Part shown: one piece after another, positions 1 through 14,430 of the stretch
How the letters are laid out: the number at the start of each line of letters is the position of its first letter
How positions within the stretch are numbered: the first letter of the stretch is position 1
Origin: the human T2T-CHM13v2.0 reference genome, Homo sapiens
Direction: 5' to 3' (one strand)
Length of the DNA: 64,000 nucleotides
Assembly: GCF_009914755.1 (NCBI RefSeq)
Contig: NC_060933.1
Position numbers and translations under genes: made by a program
The notes under the pieces: generated by a model
Seen by the model: only the letters and a program-made list of their open reading frames with translations
What the model was told of the DNA's origin: nothing
The model's database searches: none

Positions 1-469
1 CTGACCCAACAGAGCAAAGATGTCATGAGACATAGACGTTAATCAAATAGCCATAAATACACTCTATATGAAATAAACAGGCAGCTGGAATTGAGAGAGC
101 GAAAGGTAGCTTGAGATTAGACTGAGTTTTTAAGCAAGGGCAACATTATCCATAATTGTCCTACTAAGGATTTCAGGTTTTTATCCTAAGAATAATAGGA
201 ATCTTCAAAATAGTTTAAACAGAAGAGTGACTTGATCAGAATTTAATTTTAAAATACTACTGTCTTTCTTTTATAGAGAATACAGCTATTTTCCACACTA
301 CTTAAAGACACAGACCATGTTCAGTATTCCTGTAGCATCTAGCAAAATAGTTGGCATATAGTTGGCACCTAGGATTGTTGTTAAAATAGTAAATGAAATA
401 CAGCAATATCTGAGATTTATATATATTTATAAATTATGTAATAATTTTTATTTATAAATCATGTAATAA

Positions 470-1942
<1,473 letters not shown>

Positions 1943-2410
1943 TAATAATTTTTATATATAAATTATGTAATCATTTATATATAAATCATGTAATCATTTT
2001 TATATATAAATTATGTAATAATTTATCATCTTGTCAGTGATCTACTCAAGTAGCCACTGTTATGCCAGTTGAGAGTTGAGAAGACTAAAATCCTGAAGGA
2101 TGGTGTTAATTGGTAGAGTTGGCAGGTGGTGAAGCCAGAATTCAAACTTGGCCTATGAGATTCCATCGTGGCTGCATTCTTTCCACAGAAGTATGCCCTG
2201 ACCCATGCTACGTTTTGTGGCCTCTTATGGAGTCTGTGCAACAAGGTAGATTCTGAGAGAATAAAAGCTTTTGCCAATTACCCCTTCTCCCCCAGTTTCT
2301 TAGGCATTGGAGATCATTCTCATCTAATACCTCTATGACATCAGAAACATCCTAACTGTTCAGTCATCTCTCCATCTTCCTGTTGCATCACCTTCAAGCT
2401 CCAGTTGATA

Positions 2411-3109
2411 CAGTAGGCCCCCTGTATAGCTGTGTAACTTGGGATAAGTTTCAAGATTCCCAGTAGATGCCTGAAAACACAGATAGTACTGAACCCTATA
2501 TACACTGTATTTTTTTCATATGCATACATACCCATGATAGAGTTTAAATTATAAATTAAGCACGGTAAAATTTTTACAATAACTAATACTGAAGTAAAAC
2601 AATTATAAAAAATACCGTCCCCTATTTCATGGATAGAAGATTTGCTCTCACCCTAGATCTTAGCAATGTCAGCATACCATTTTTATTTTCTCATTAGGTA
2701 GAGAACTTTCACCTTTTCACTTAAAGAAAGCACTTTTGTGTGGCTTCTCTCTGGTATATCTGAATTGCCAGCATCACTACTCTTGCCCTTTGGGATTATT
2801 ATTAAGTAAAATAAGGGTTACTTGAACATAAGCACTGTGATACTGCAATAGTCCATCTGATAACCAAGATGGCTGCTAAGTGACTAACAGGTGGGTAGTA
2901 TAGATGGCATGGAGACACTGGACAAAGGGACAATTCATGTGTCAGGCTGGGTGGAGCAGGACTATGTCAGATTTCTTCACATTACAGAGGATGGCATAAA
3001 ATTTAAAGCATATGAATTGTCAATTTCTGGAATTTTTCATTTGATATTATGAGACCACGGATGACCATGGGTAACTGAAATCATGGATAAGGTGGTAAGG
3101 GGAATACTG
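2411..3109 (-). mobile_element. MER44 (Tigger7-derived, TcMar) ~700 bp non-autonomous DNA transposon
   Basis: CAGTA...TACTG termini with TA target duplications at 2409-2410 and 3110-3111; MER44-like internal sequence (agtactgaaccctatatacactg). Confidence 0.85.
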
Positions 3110-3359
3110 TACTCTTCTTCCCAGCATCAATTTCAACACCAGCTTACAGTGCCTCACCATCGTTCAATGTCTCTGGATCCCAATCAATGTGGGTCAAACC
3201 AGTTGCTCTTCATTTTTCTTTAGCTAGCTATCAGAAACACATAGTCCAGTGTCCTAGAAGGCTGCTCCCAACTTCTACAGCAAATCTATTCTACAGAGTT
3301 TTGAACTCAAGGTCTTCTATGGTGTTTTATAGCTCATGTATCAATATTTGCTTTGACTC

Positions 3360-3750
3360 CCAGTAAGAGAAACCCTTAAACAAGTGTCATAAATAAATCA
3401 TGAATTTTCTTACTCATATACAATAAGAAATGTAGAGGCAAGTAATCCAGGGCTTCCATGGCTATTTCAAGATGCCAGTGGAGACTCAGGCTCTTCCTGT
3501 TATTTTCACTGAGCCTTTCTTTAGCATGTGTTTCCACCAAAATGGCAGATCCACTTCCAGCATCATAGTCATGATCTAAACCAAAAAAAGAGGGAAGGGC
3601 AAGGCATAAAAGGTACATGCTGGCTGAGTGGACCCCCTTTTAAAGACCTTTCTCTGAAGCCTTACAAATAGCTCTGACTATGTCTGATTGGCTAGCCCAG
3701 TCATATGGCCACTCCCAGCTGACGTTTTTAGTTGGGCTATTAATATTACT
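3360..3750 (-). mobile_element. Old MLT1-family MaLR LTR fragment
   Basis: Degenerate MLT1 motifs (ttaaacaa..., ccaaaatggc, attggctag...tcatatggccactcccagct). Confidence 0.55.
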
Positions 3751-4166
3751 ATTAATGTTACCAAAGCAGTCATTTACTAAATGCCAAGATGCTCTCCATC
3801 TTATCTCACTTATTTCTCAGAACAGCCCCTTGAAGAATACATTATGAATTGGAGGTATAGAGTGGGTTTTCTGCTTTCTGGAGCTACAAGTAGAATTGGA
3901 TCTTGACTACTCCAGTGCTTTCTCAACAACTATGGCCTTTTTTTCTCCCTCTGAGATGATCTTTCATGAAAAACCACATTATCATTTGGTGTCAGCATTT
4001 TAATTTTACTATAATTAAATAGTTGTTTTTCTGTGAAATTACATGGTACCCACAAGGCTGAGAATTAAGGAAAGCAGAAATAACCTAAAGGGTATGAAGA
4101 GGCTTCGTAGAAGCTACACACTGGAGATGGGTAGGCTTTTAAAAATTCCTACCCTAACCTCTATTC

Positions 4167-4287
4167 CAGTGGTTCTTAATTGTAACCAATCATCAGAATC
4201 ATCTGAGAAGGTTTAGAAAATATATATATTTCTGAATCTCAACTGAAGAGTCTCTACTTCAGGATACTTAGCATGGAAACCACTGCT
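4167..4287. mobile_element. MER5A-like hAT MITE
   Basis: cagtggttctt...catcagaatcatctg...aaaccactg termini. Confidence 0.6.
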
Positions 4288-4439
4288 CTATTTTTTAGAT
4301 GACTCTGAAGGTCTCTGAAGTTGGCCCCCTCTGCATAGAAACTGGCTTATTCTTTCTGAATACATAAGTATTATCATGAACTCTCTGTATGCTTTGTGAA
4401 TGCAGCACCTCATGGAAACCTAATATTTGTATGATATAA

Positions 4440-4600
4440 ATAGCACTTTTTATTCCCATTTTCCAGATAATGCAATAGAGGCTTATGAAGTAAAAGTCAC
4501 TTGATTAAGGTCATATAACTAATATATGGTGTTTCCAGGATCCCAAGCCAAGTCAGCCTGACTTTAAAACCATGGATTTTTCCACTCTGACATGTTGCCA
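4440..4600 (-). mobile_element. MIR SINE
   Basis: MIR core reverse complement (cccattttccagat...aaggtcatataacta). Confidence 0.7.
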
Positions 4601-5429
4601 CGAACTGAGTCTGTCTAGGGAGAACATTCTTCAGGCATGCTAGAATCATTTCTCACCAGCATCCCCACAGACTCCATGCTGACTAATAAATGCCTACACA
4701 AATCTTATATCATTGCTTCCCAGAAGTCCCTGCCTCCATGGTTTCCCCAGACCTGTTCTGAAGGCCCCAGAGGACTGATAGATATGATCTATTCAGACAA
4801 ATTGGGAACAGGTTGAAGGAGGGCTGAGGAATAAATGGGAATATCAAGCCAGGCCAGAAAATTGACATTCCAAACAATTTTCAGTTGGCACAAAGTGATT
4901 TTTCCTTCAGCATTTTTCCTCTTCCAATTTTGTAATTCATGTTTATTTCAAGCAAAATTCAGTCCATCTGTATCTGATTCATTCACACTTAATTTATCAG
5001 CAGACTGCTCTGTCAGAGAAATATATGCCAATGTGCCTCTAAGGTTTTACAATGAAATCTGGGTCTGTCTGAAATGCCAGTGCAAAGTGGCCTGTGAGAA
5101 ATATATAGAGGAGCAGGTGAAGCTGGCTTCACACCTTCTTTTCCAACACACACATCCCTCCCTTTTGCTTTCTGTTTGTCTTAAGCAGCTCTAATGGTCT
5201 TTAAAAATAGTTTTATAATCAGCCTTCTGTACCAGTCTTTTTTGGTCTTCTGGCCTTGTTTCATCTACTCATAAACATGCTCACATTTCTCATCCTAAAC
5301 ACAAAACAAACATGTCCTCAGACAAAAAAAAACATTAACTCCAAATACCCTTCTCCACCTCCATTCACCCTCAAAAGCTTCTCCATACCAACTTCACAGA
5401 AGTCTGCACCATGCACCTTGTCGCCCCTA

Positions 5430-5720
5430 CTTTCTCATTCCTCTGTCGTAGGCATCTGTGTCCCCCACTCTGCCAAGTCCTTCTAATGAAAGTCACCTTG
5501 GAATTGCCAAACCCAGTGGTTATGTTTTTCTTACTATTTGATCAATCTCTCTGTTGCATCTGATGTTGTTGACAGTTCCTTCTTTCTTCACACTCTCTGC
5601 TGTATAGCTGTTGGTTTCCTTCCATTCTTCCCCTCATCTTAGCTTTCTTCTTTTTGGTCTCAAACTTTCCTATCTTTCCATATTGAAAAACAATGTATTC
5701 TATGCTCTCCATTCTTAATT
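5430..5720 (+). mobile_element. L2 LINE fragment
   Basis: L2-like ...gtcacc...ttgccaaacccagtgg...ttgacagttccttctttctt. Confidence 0.55.
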
Positions 5721-5734
5721 GAAGGCCCTGATAA

Positions 5735-5950
5735 CAGAATATCTGGGTTCAAAGCCCACTCTGCCACTTCCCAACAATGTGACTTTGAACGAGTTTATTA
5801 AGATTCTCTATGCCTCAGTTTCCTCAACTGGAAATTAGAGAAAAACATAGTCCTTCTCTCACAGAGCTGATATAAAGATTAAATGAATTTATCACTCAGA
5901 ACATTCTTCAAACAGCACCTAATGCCATAAGTACTCAAAAGATTTAACTG
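5735..5950 (+). mobile_element. MIR SINE
   Basis: ctgggttcaaa...ctctgccactt...gcctcagtttcctca MIR core. Confidence 0.8.
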
Positions 5951-7369
5951 ATAGTTGCAGTACTAAACACAATCTAATGATTTGTAAATGCTTATGTAGT
6001 AAGGTTGATGATAGAAAATAACATATTCTAATGAAATCCTCATGATTTTTAAAAAATTATGTTGAATGTATATTCTACTCGATAGGAAACAATGTCCAAA
6101 CCTCTAGATGTAAAAGAGTCTATGTGGTTTTACTCATGTATATTACCTAAATTTAGAAACTAAGATTAAACCATTGCCTAATAATTCATCAAACAAGCAA
6201 AATAAAACCTAACATAATAATGATTTATTGTTTAATTAATATTTTAACTTTCAAAGTGCTTTTCTCATGCTTTGATTGAAAACAAAAATATTGGTCTTGT
6301 GTGGTATACACTCAAGGTTTCTAGAATTAAAGAACACTTCTATTTAAACTGGCCAAAATAATAGTAAACATACCCCACAAATAATTTTTTACTGAATGCA
6401 AAATAGTATGCAAATTATTATTGATGCTTTTTGATTTATTTGGCAATGGACCAATAAAAAGTAATATACACATTGAAACAGGTTGGTGTATTAGAGTAAT
6501 GGGGTTTTAAAACAGGAGACACTTGGCCCTTGAAAAATAAAGTGAACTGGGTGAGGTTTACATGATTTTTTTATTTTAGTTTTTCCTTGAGACATTCCCC
6601 ATATCATGTAGAAAGAGGAAGCTGGAACTCAAGCAGGAATCATCATCATTGTTGGCTTGAGAAGTAAGCAAAGTTTGGATTTGCCACAATGGCTTGAAAG
6701 TGAGGGAAAATCCTGCAAAGGAGAGAACATAAAGGAGGGAGCTCCCAAGTCTGCATATAAACACTGCCCAATGTTGGCTGACTATGCAAGCATGAGAGAG
6801 ATTCTGAGGTATCTGGCAGAAAACTGCAGCTAGAAATATGGAAGACATTTACATTTCTCTCATCCTGAAACATTTCAGCTGCTGCTCACTCATGGGGAGA
6901 CAGAATATCAAGGTTAAATCAAATTAACTATGTGGTGGAATGAAAATCAGTACTCTTAAGAGGAAAATACAGAATTCAGTATCTATAATATATAATTCAC
7001 AATTTTCAACATACAATAAAAATTACTATACCTGTGAATAAGGATTTATAAGCAACGAAAAAGAAACTATGCAAGCGAAGTCCCTGAAATGATCCAGATG
7101 TTGGAAATAGCAAGAACTTTAAAGCACCTATTATAAATGTGTTCCAGAACTTAAAAGAAAATACGACCATTACAAACATTCATTACAAATGCCCAAATAT
7201 TAACCAAAAAATAAAAATTCTAAAACTAAGATGTGAAATAAGTAGAATTTTAAAATCACTGAATAGCTTAAACAGAATATTAGAGAAAGCAGAAGAAAGG
7301 GTCTAGAAGACAGATCAAAAGAATGTATTCAATCTGAAGAACAGAGATAAAACATTAAAAAAATAAAGC

Positions 7370-7667
7370 AGGGAGTTGGGGGGAGGTGGGGATGGTTAAC
7401 GGATTTAAAAAAATCAGTTAGAAAAAAATTAATAAGACCTAGTATTTGATAGCACAACAATTTTCTATAGTCAATAATGATTTAATTATACATTTTAAAG
7501 TAATTAAAAGAGTATAATTGGGCTGTTTGTAACACAAAGGATACTTGAGGGGATATTCCATTTTCAATGCTGTGATTATCACACATTTCATGTCTATATC
7601 AAAACATCTCATGTACCTCATGAATATATATGCCTACTATGTACCTACAAAAATCAAAATAAAAAAT
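7370..7667 (+). mobile_element. L1MA (about L1MA2-4) 3' end
   Basis: gggatggttaa...taagacctagtatttgatagcacaaca...tactatgtacctacaaaaat. Confidence 0.8.
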
Positions 7668-7774
7668 ACTTCAATATTTGTGGAATAATATCAAGCATTC
7701 TAATATACCAGGAATTGGAATCCTAGAAGAAGAGGAGATAAAGGAACCAAATATTTTAATTAAGAAAAAGAGTA

Positions 7775-8183
7775 TTATGCAGCCAGAAAAAAGAATGAGT
7801 TCATGTGGTATGATGCAGCCCTAAAAAAGAATGAGTTCATGTCCTTTGCAGTGACACGGACGAGGCTGGAAGCCATCGTTCTCAGCCAAGTAACACAGAA
7901 ACAGAAAACCAAATGCCGTATGTTCTCATTCGTAAGTGGGAGTTGAACAATGAGAACACATAGACATGGGGAGGGGAACATCACAAACTGGAGCTTATTG
8001 AGGAGTGGGGGGCAAGGTGAAGGAGAGCATTAGGACAAATACCTAATGAATGTGGGGCTTAAAACCTAGATGACAAGTTGATAGGTGCAGCAAACCACCA
8101 TGGCACATGTATGCCTATGTAACAAACCTGCATGTTCAGCACATGTATCCCAGAACTTAAAGTAAAATTAAAAAAAAAAAAAA
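7775..8183 (+). mobile_element. L1PA (about PA7-8) 3' end with poly(A)
   Basis: gcaaaccaccatggcacatgt...cccagaacttaaagtaaaatt followed by an A-run. Confidence 0.88.
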
Positions 8184-8861
8184 AGTAAAAGGGTTTTACT
8201 TGGATTTGATGAAAAAATAGATACTTACAGGTGAAAAAGCCCAGGAAACCCTAAGCTAAATGAATACAAATAAACTGCAACTATGAACATTGTAGGCAAA
8301 CATCTTGGAAAAGATTGGGTCGGGGGGAGAAGAAACAGAGAGAGAGAGAGAGGGAAGGAATTTGAAAGCAGCCAGAAAAAAAAAAAAAAAAAAGAAAAGA
8401 AACCTTGACACATTACATACAGTTGATCAAATAAACAAATGATGGTGACATTATTAGAAGCAATAATGCTAGGGTGACGTGACAATAGAAGAGCCTCATT
8501 AAAGTACCAAAAGAAGAAACAAATCTACTACTAGCTCATAATTCTATAAGAAGAGAAAATACCATCCACAAGTGAAGGTGAGGGACTTCTGTTGTTGTCT
8601 AAGGTACAGAAAACTGGAAAAAAAGTGTAACTTTCATCCTGATAATGAGAAAAATACCAGTTAAGCCACAAAATCACAGCTTTCCTTGAAGCCATCAGAA
8701 AGCTGAGTTCACACAGCCACCAGGTAGCTGACAGGATCCTCTAAGAGACATGAGATGGGATCCTCTCAGCTGTGGCACAGCACAGAAGCAAGACCTTGCC
8801 ACCATACAAGCAGCTAAAAAGGAATCAGATAAAGTAGTAACAAAGTGGTTCTTAGGATTTG

Positions 8862-9318
8862 CTTATTTTTAAAAAAAGATTTGCAAATAATAATTGTATG
8901 TATTTATGGGGTACAATGTCATGTTTTGGTATATGTATACATTATGAAATGATGAAATCAATCTAATTAGCATATCCTTCATCTCACCTACTTATTATTT
9001 TTTGTGGTGAGAATGTTTAAAGCCTACTTTTTAGATCCTGGAGCATGTGACTGCTGTTGTGGGCCATGGGCTGCTGACTGTAAGGGATATTTAACAAGAG
9101 AGAGGAAGAGAAGATGGCATTTCTGATAAAGGTTGTGATACAACCACAGGATTAACCCTCCCTCTTGAAGATCATCCTGTAAATGAGATGCTATGTATAC
9201 CAACTTCCCACCACCTTTGTTTTTCTGTTCAGTAATCCTGGTGTGGATAAATGAAGTCTTCGCGTGTATGTTAAAAAAAAAAAAAGTCTACCCTTTTAGC
9301 AGTTTTGAAATATACAAA
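8862..9318 (-). mobile_element. L1MA 3' end fragment, interrupted by a retrocopy
   Basis: aataattgtatgtatttatggggtacaatg...tttgtggtgagaa...; continues after 9299 as cagttttgaaatatacaa. Confidence 0.75.
9035..9285 (+). pseudogene. 5'-truncated processed retrocopy of an unidentified transcript 3' end
   Basis: Non-TE-like ~240 nt segment, then GATAAA (9246-9251) and A13 (9273-9285); diverged TSD aaagcctactttttag (9019-9034) / aaagtctacccttttag (9283-9299). Confidence 0.75.
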
Positions 9319-10027
9319 GCCAAGTGTGGGTGAGTGTGAGAGTATAGAAACCCTGGAAGCCTCACATTAAGAAAAGGATTCACAGCCACTTGCTGGGTCA
9401 TTTCCATGGACCATCACATGGTGCTCAGGAGACAGAAGAGGGGCAGGATGGGAGACTGAACAGGGCCTCCTTTTGCATTGCAGGCATGAAGTAGGAGAGG
9501 GACAAGCTGGACTTCCTGCTCAGAACCTCTTCTCAAAATCATTAAGCCTCAGGGGGAGTGCGAGCATCTTCTATCTCTCCTAGGGCATCAGAAAAGACCC
9601 ATTGCTTCTTGGAGGGGAAAGTGTAGCCTAGAGCAAAAACATTCTCTACCCCAGAGAGAAAGAGGTAAGAAACAGTTTCATGTTAGAAGGCTTCTAAGGC
9701 AGTGCCTAGAGAAAATAAAATAGTTTCAATGTTTATACTAGAAAAGTAAAGATTTAGAATCAACGATCTAAATGTTCACATTAACAAGATATACAAATAA
9801 ACTCGAAATTAGTAAAAGAAAGGTAACAAAGTTCAGAGCAGAAATCAGTAAAATAAAAAATCAATAGAGAATAAAAATAAAGTGAAAAGTAGGTCCCCAG
9901 GAAAGTGTAAAACTTTGATAAATCTCTAATGAAGACTCATCAAAAATAAAAACATAAATTCCTTATATAATAGAGATGTAATTACTAAATGTCCCATACA
10001 TATTCCAAGCATAGTAAGAGAATATTA

Positions 10028-10078
10028 ACAACATGCCAATAAATACAACATGCCAATAAATACAACATGCCAATAAAT
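10028..10078. repeat. Three perfect tandem copies of 17 bp ACAACATGCCAATAAAT
   Basis: Read directly from the sequence. Confidence 0.95.
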
Positions 10079-10171
10079 TCAGGTGAAATGGGAAAAACAG
10101 TCTTGAAAAACAAATACAACTTAACAAAAAGTGACCAATACAAATTTAAAGAGCTCTATATCTTTTAAAAA

Positions 10172-10357
10172 CCCTGGTTCTCAAAGTTGAATCCCCAAAC
10201 CAGAACTATTAGCATCATGCAGTACCTTATTAAAATGAAAACTCTGCAGCTTCACCTCAGAACTACTGAACCTGAAACTCTGAAAATGATATTCAACAAT
10301 TCGTGTTTTAAAGCCCCTACAGGTCATTCTGACGTATGCCAAAGTTTGAGAATTGCT
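10172..10357. mobile_element. MER5A hAT MITE
   Basis: tggttctcaaagt...tactgaacctgaaactctg...aaagtttgagaa. Confidence 0.8.
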
Positions 10358-10574
10358 ATTTTTAACAAATTAAAAACATTACTGTGAAAAATATTTCCAC
10401 AAAGAAAATCTAGCTTCAGCTGTTGTTACTGATGAATGTTATCAAACATTTAAGGAAGAAATGATAGTAATTACAAACTTTCAGAAAATAGGAAAGAAGA
10501 GAACACTTTCTCACCCCTTTTATGAGGCCATTGCCCTGAGAGAAAAACCCGAAAAAGATATTCTAAGCAAAGAC

Positions 10575-10965
10575 AAAATGTAGTACATATACACCAAGGA
10601 ATACTATGCAGCTATAAAAAAGAAAGAGATCATGTCCATTGGAGGGACATGGATGGAACTGTAGGCCATTATCCTTAGCAAACTAACACAGAAACAGAAA
10701 ACTAAATACTGCATGCTCTCACTTACAAGTTGGAGCTGAGTGATGAGAACACATGGACACAAAGAGGGGGACAACACACGCTGGGGCCTTTTGGAGGGTG
10801 GAGGGTGGGAGATAAGAAAAAATGACTAATGAGTATTAGGTTTAATACATCGGTAATGAAATAATCTGTACAACAAACCCCCATGACACAAGTTTACCTA
10901 TGTAACAAACATGCACTTGTACACCTGAACTTAAAATTTAAAAAAAAAGTTAAAAAGAAAAAAGA
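10575..10965 (+). mobile_element. L1PA13-16-like 3' end
   Basis: ataatctgtacaacaaacccccatgacacaagtttacctatg followed by an A-rich tail. Confidence 0.85.
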
Positions 10966-13900
10966 AAAGAAAATGACAGACCAATACATCTTGTAAATTT
11001 AAGGGCAAAAAAATAACTAAAACATTAACAAATTGAATCCAACAATAAATGAAAAGAATAAAGCTGCCTTTGTCCCAAGAAGGGAAAGTCATTCTTTTAT
11101 ATTTTAAAAGTCAAGCAATACAATTTATTATGTTAACAGAATAAAAGGAAAAAACACAATAATATCTTAATAAATTCAGAAAAATCATTGGAAAAGGCCC
11201 AATGCTCACTCATGATAAAACTTTTAATAAGCTATGAATAGAAAGAAACTTTTCTCAATCTGATTAAGTATCTAGAAAAAGATTTAGAGTTCACACTGTA
11301 CTTAATTATTAAAAATTAAATGCTTCTTTGTAAAAATCAAGACCAAGATAAGAATATCCACTCTTACCATTTTGAGTCAACATTTTACTAGAGGCTCTGG
11401 TCTATGGAATAAGGCAAGGAGAAAAGGCATGGGGTTTAGAAATAATTAAAACTATTTGCATTGTTGTGTATAGAAAGTTCTAAGAAATATAAAAAGCAAT
11501 TACTAGAAAAAAATGAACTTAATAAGATCATAGGATACAAATGGATATGTGAAAATTATCTTTCTATATGTCAGCAGCAAACAATTGAAAAATAATTTTT
11601 AAGTTATACTATAGCATCCAAAACCATACAATATTTAGGAGTAAATTTAATAAAATTTGTGCAAGATATACACATTGAAAACCACATTTCTGTGATAAAT
11701 TTAAAAAGATCTGAATAAACAGAAAAATATACCATAATAATGGACTGGAAATCTCCATATTCTAAGATGTCAATTCTCAAATTGTTCTATAAATTCAAGG
11801 AATTCCCATTTAAAAACTCAGCGGACATTTTTTGTAAGAAATTCACCAGTAGATTCCAAAATTTACACAGAAATGTAAAAAACTGGGAAGAGTTAAAACA
11901 ATTTTTAAAAAGAAGTACAAAGTTAAATTTGACTTCAGATTTTACTATGGAACTGCAGTAATCAATGTTTGTATGAGAGCAGACCTACATTAGCAGGAAA
12001 CAATACAGAATCCAGGAATGTGGCACACTGATATGTTCTATTTATTTTTATCAAATGTGCCAAAGTAATTCAATGGAGAAAGGAATGTCGTCTCAACACA
12101 TGGTGCTGAAAAGCAGCATATCTGTATTGAAAAAAAAATCTTGACCCCTGTCAAATCATATACAAAAATTAATTCAAGATAGAGCAGAAATCCTAATGTA
12201 AAAGCTAAAATTAATTATTTTCTAAAAGAAAACTTGAAATAGGTAAAGATTGCTCAGACAGGATCAATCAAATTTAAAACTTTTTCTCATGAAGACATCG
12301 ATAACAAAGTTAAGAATAACAAGCCACATTATGGGAGAAAATATTTATAACACGTATGTCTGAAAAGGTCTTTTATTTTGAATATACAAAATTCAGATAT
12401 CACGATAAAAATATAAATAATGAAATAAATGAAATTACATCAATACCAACAAAGGATGATATATGAATAGCTGATAAACATATAAAAAATTCTCACATCA
12501 GGAAAATGCACACGCAAACCAAAATTAGGTACCACTAAAAGAATAGTGGCATCAAATATTAGTAAAGTTGGATGATAAGCAGATTCTCATACATTTCTGG
12601 TGGGAGTAACAAATTAAAGAACTGCTTTGGAAAAATGTTTTGGTATTTTATTATGAAGTTAAATATATCTCTGTTGTCTGACTTGGCAATTCCACTCCTA
12701 GGTGTTTAGCCAAAAGAAATGAGCATATATGTTTACAAAATATTTTCTAAAATATATTCACAGAAACCCTATTTATAATTGCCTAAAACTAGAATGCATA
12801 AGCTAATCATGGTATAATCATATAATGAAGTAATATTAAGTAATAAAGATGAACAACTTACATACTCAGCAACATGGCCAGATAGCATAAACTTAATGCT
12901 AAGAACAAAAAGCCAGACACCAAAGAGGATGCACTGTATGATTTCATTTCTATGAATTTCTCGAATAGGCAAAACTAATCTATGTTGAAAAAAATTATTC
13001 AGAGTGGTGCCTCCTGGTGATATTTTAACTAATAAGTGGCTAAAGGGAAAATTCTAGGTTGACAGTTACATTCTATAGATAGGAATGTGAATTATATGGA
13101 TGGATGCATTTGTCAAATCTTATGGAATTACAATTTAAGATTGTGTATCTTCCAGAATTTCATTTGGTCTTAAAAAAGGAACCACATTAAAAAAAATCTG
13201 TAAACCTCTCTGAATCCACAGCCAAGACTGCTGGTTTGGTTGACCTTGAATGCAAAAATGTTGATTAAACTCTATCCTCAATGGAAAGACACGAAATGCA
13301 GTATTGTAAGGCTCCTCAAAGTCTTCCATATTTGAATTAGTGTGTGATTTCTGCTGGGTTGAAGCCAACATCAATATTTATCTGTAAGTGGGAAAGCCTT
13401 TTTCTTGCCAGAATGTGTAAGTTCTCTTTTCCTCTTGCTATAAATGGGATAATTCCTACCAAACAGTTTTTGAAAACGAATGAGTGGAACATTAATTTCT
13501 CTACAGCACAATTCTCTAGCTTTCCAACAGTGTCAACTGTTTGCACATGTTTAGCCTGCCATTGGTGAGGCTATGGATTTCTGAAGATAAATCTTTAAAA
13601 GAAATTAAAATGTTTCTTAGTTTATGTTTTCCCTCAAATCAATTTTCAAAACTTAATTAGCTTCTTTTCATCTTAACTTTGCTTAGTAGGAAAATGCATC
13701 TGGAATCATCTGTTGGTGTCCTCTCCATGGTAAATAAAATTCTGATGGCATTTTTGTTGTCGATTTATGTTAAAAATAGTATTATGTATTATATATTTTT
13801 AAAAATTGAAATTTCATTCAATGCCTGGTTGTGCTATAAGCCTGACAAGCTGTAATATTCTATTACTTCAGTAAAGACTTGTGAGAACCTATTGAAAGTA

Positions 13901-14099
13901 CAGAGATAAAGACAAACCTGTAACCAGAAAATGTACTTTATAATAGGAGACAGACAACTACACTAACAACTGCAGTTATTAAAGGGTGTGAGAAAGACCA
14001 ATCCATACAAATAGTTGGTTGACTTTGGGTATAATTATGAGTGGCAGATAGCCTAATGCTGGGGGAAGTATATTAGACAAGATTTCAGAATTCTTTTCC

Positions 14100-14430
14100 A
14101 CCTTCGTTACTGCTGCCCCCATCACCTTAGTCTTTGACTGGTTTATTTCAATTTCTTTTAGATCTCAGATCAAACATCATGTCTTTAGAGATCTTTTCTA
14201 AACCTTCAGCCTATGAGGTATCCTTGTTATGTACTTTCACAACACCCTTCAATTTTCTTTATAACCTTTATCACAATTGCAATGAAGACATTTTTGTGTA
14301 ATTATTCATCTAACATCGATCTTACCTGCTGAAGTGTAGGTAACTCATTTGTTTTAGTGTTTGTTATTATGCCGGTGATTATCATATTAGTTGGTACATA
14401 TTGGGTGACAAAAAGATTCTTACTGAACAA
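14100..14430 (+). mobile_element. L2 3' fragment
   Basis: Degenerate L2 3' motifs (tctcagatcaaacatca..., tggtacatat...). Confidence 0.5.

Larger units (their letters stand above)
6900..13195 (+). mobile_element. Ancient L1M (ORF1, 5' region, ORF2 and 3' end pieces), fragmented by younger inserts
   Basis: A-rich sense strand with degenerate L1 ORF1 (6.9-8.6 kb) and ORF2/3'UTR motifs (9.7-13.2 kb); may be more than one element. Confidence 0.75.
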
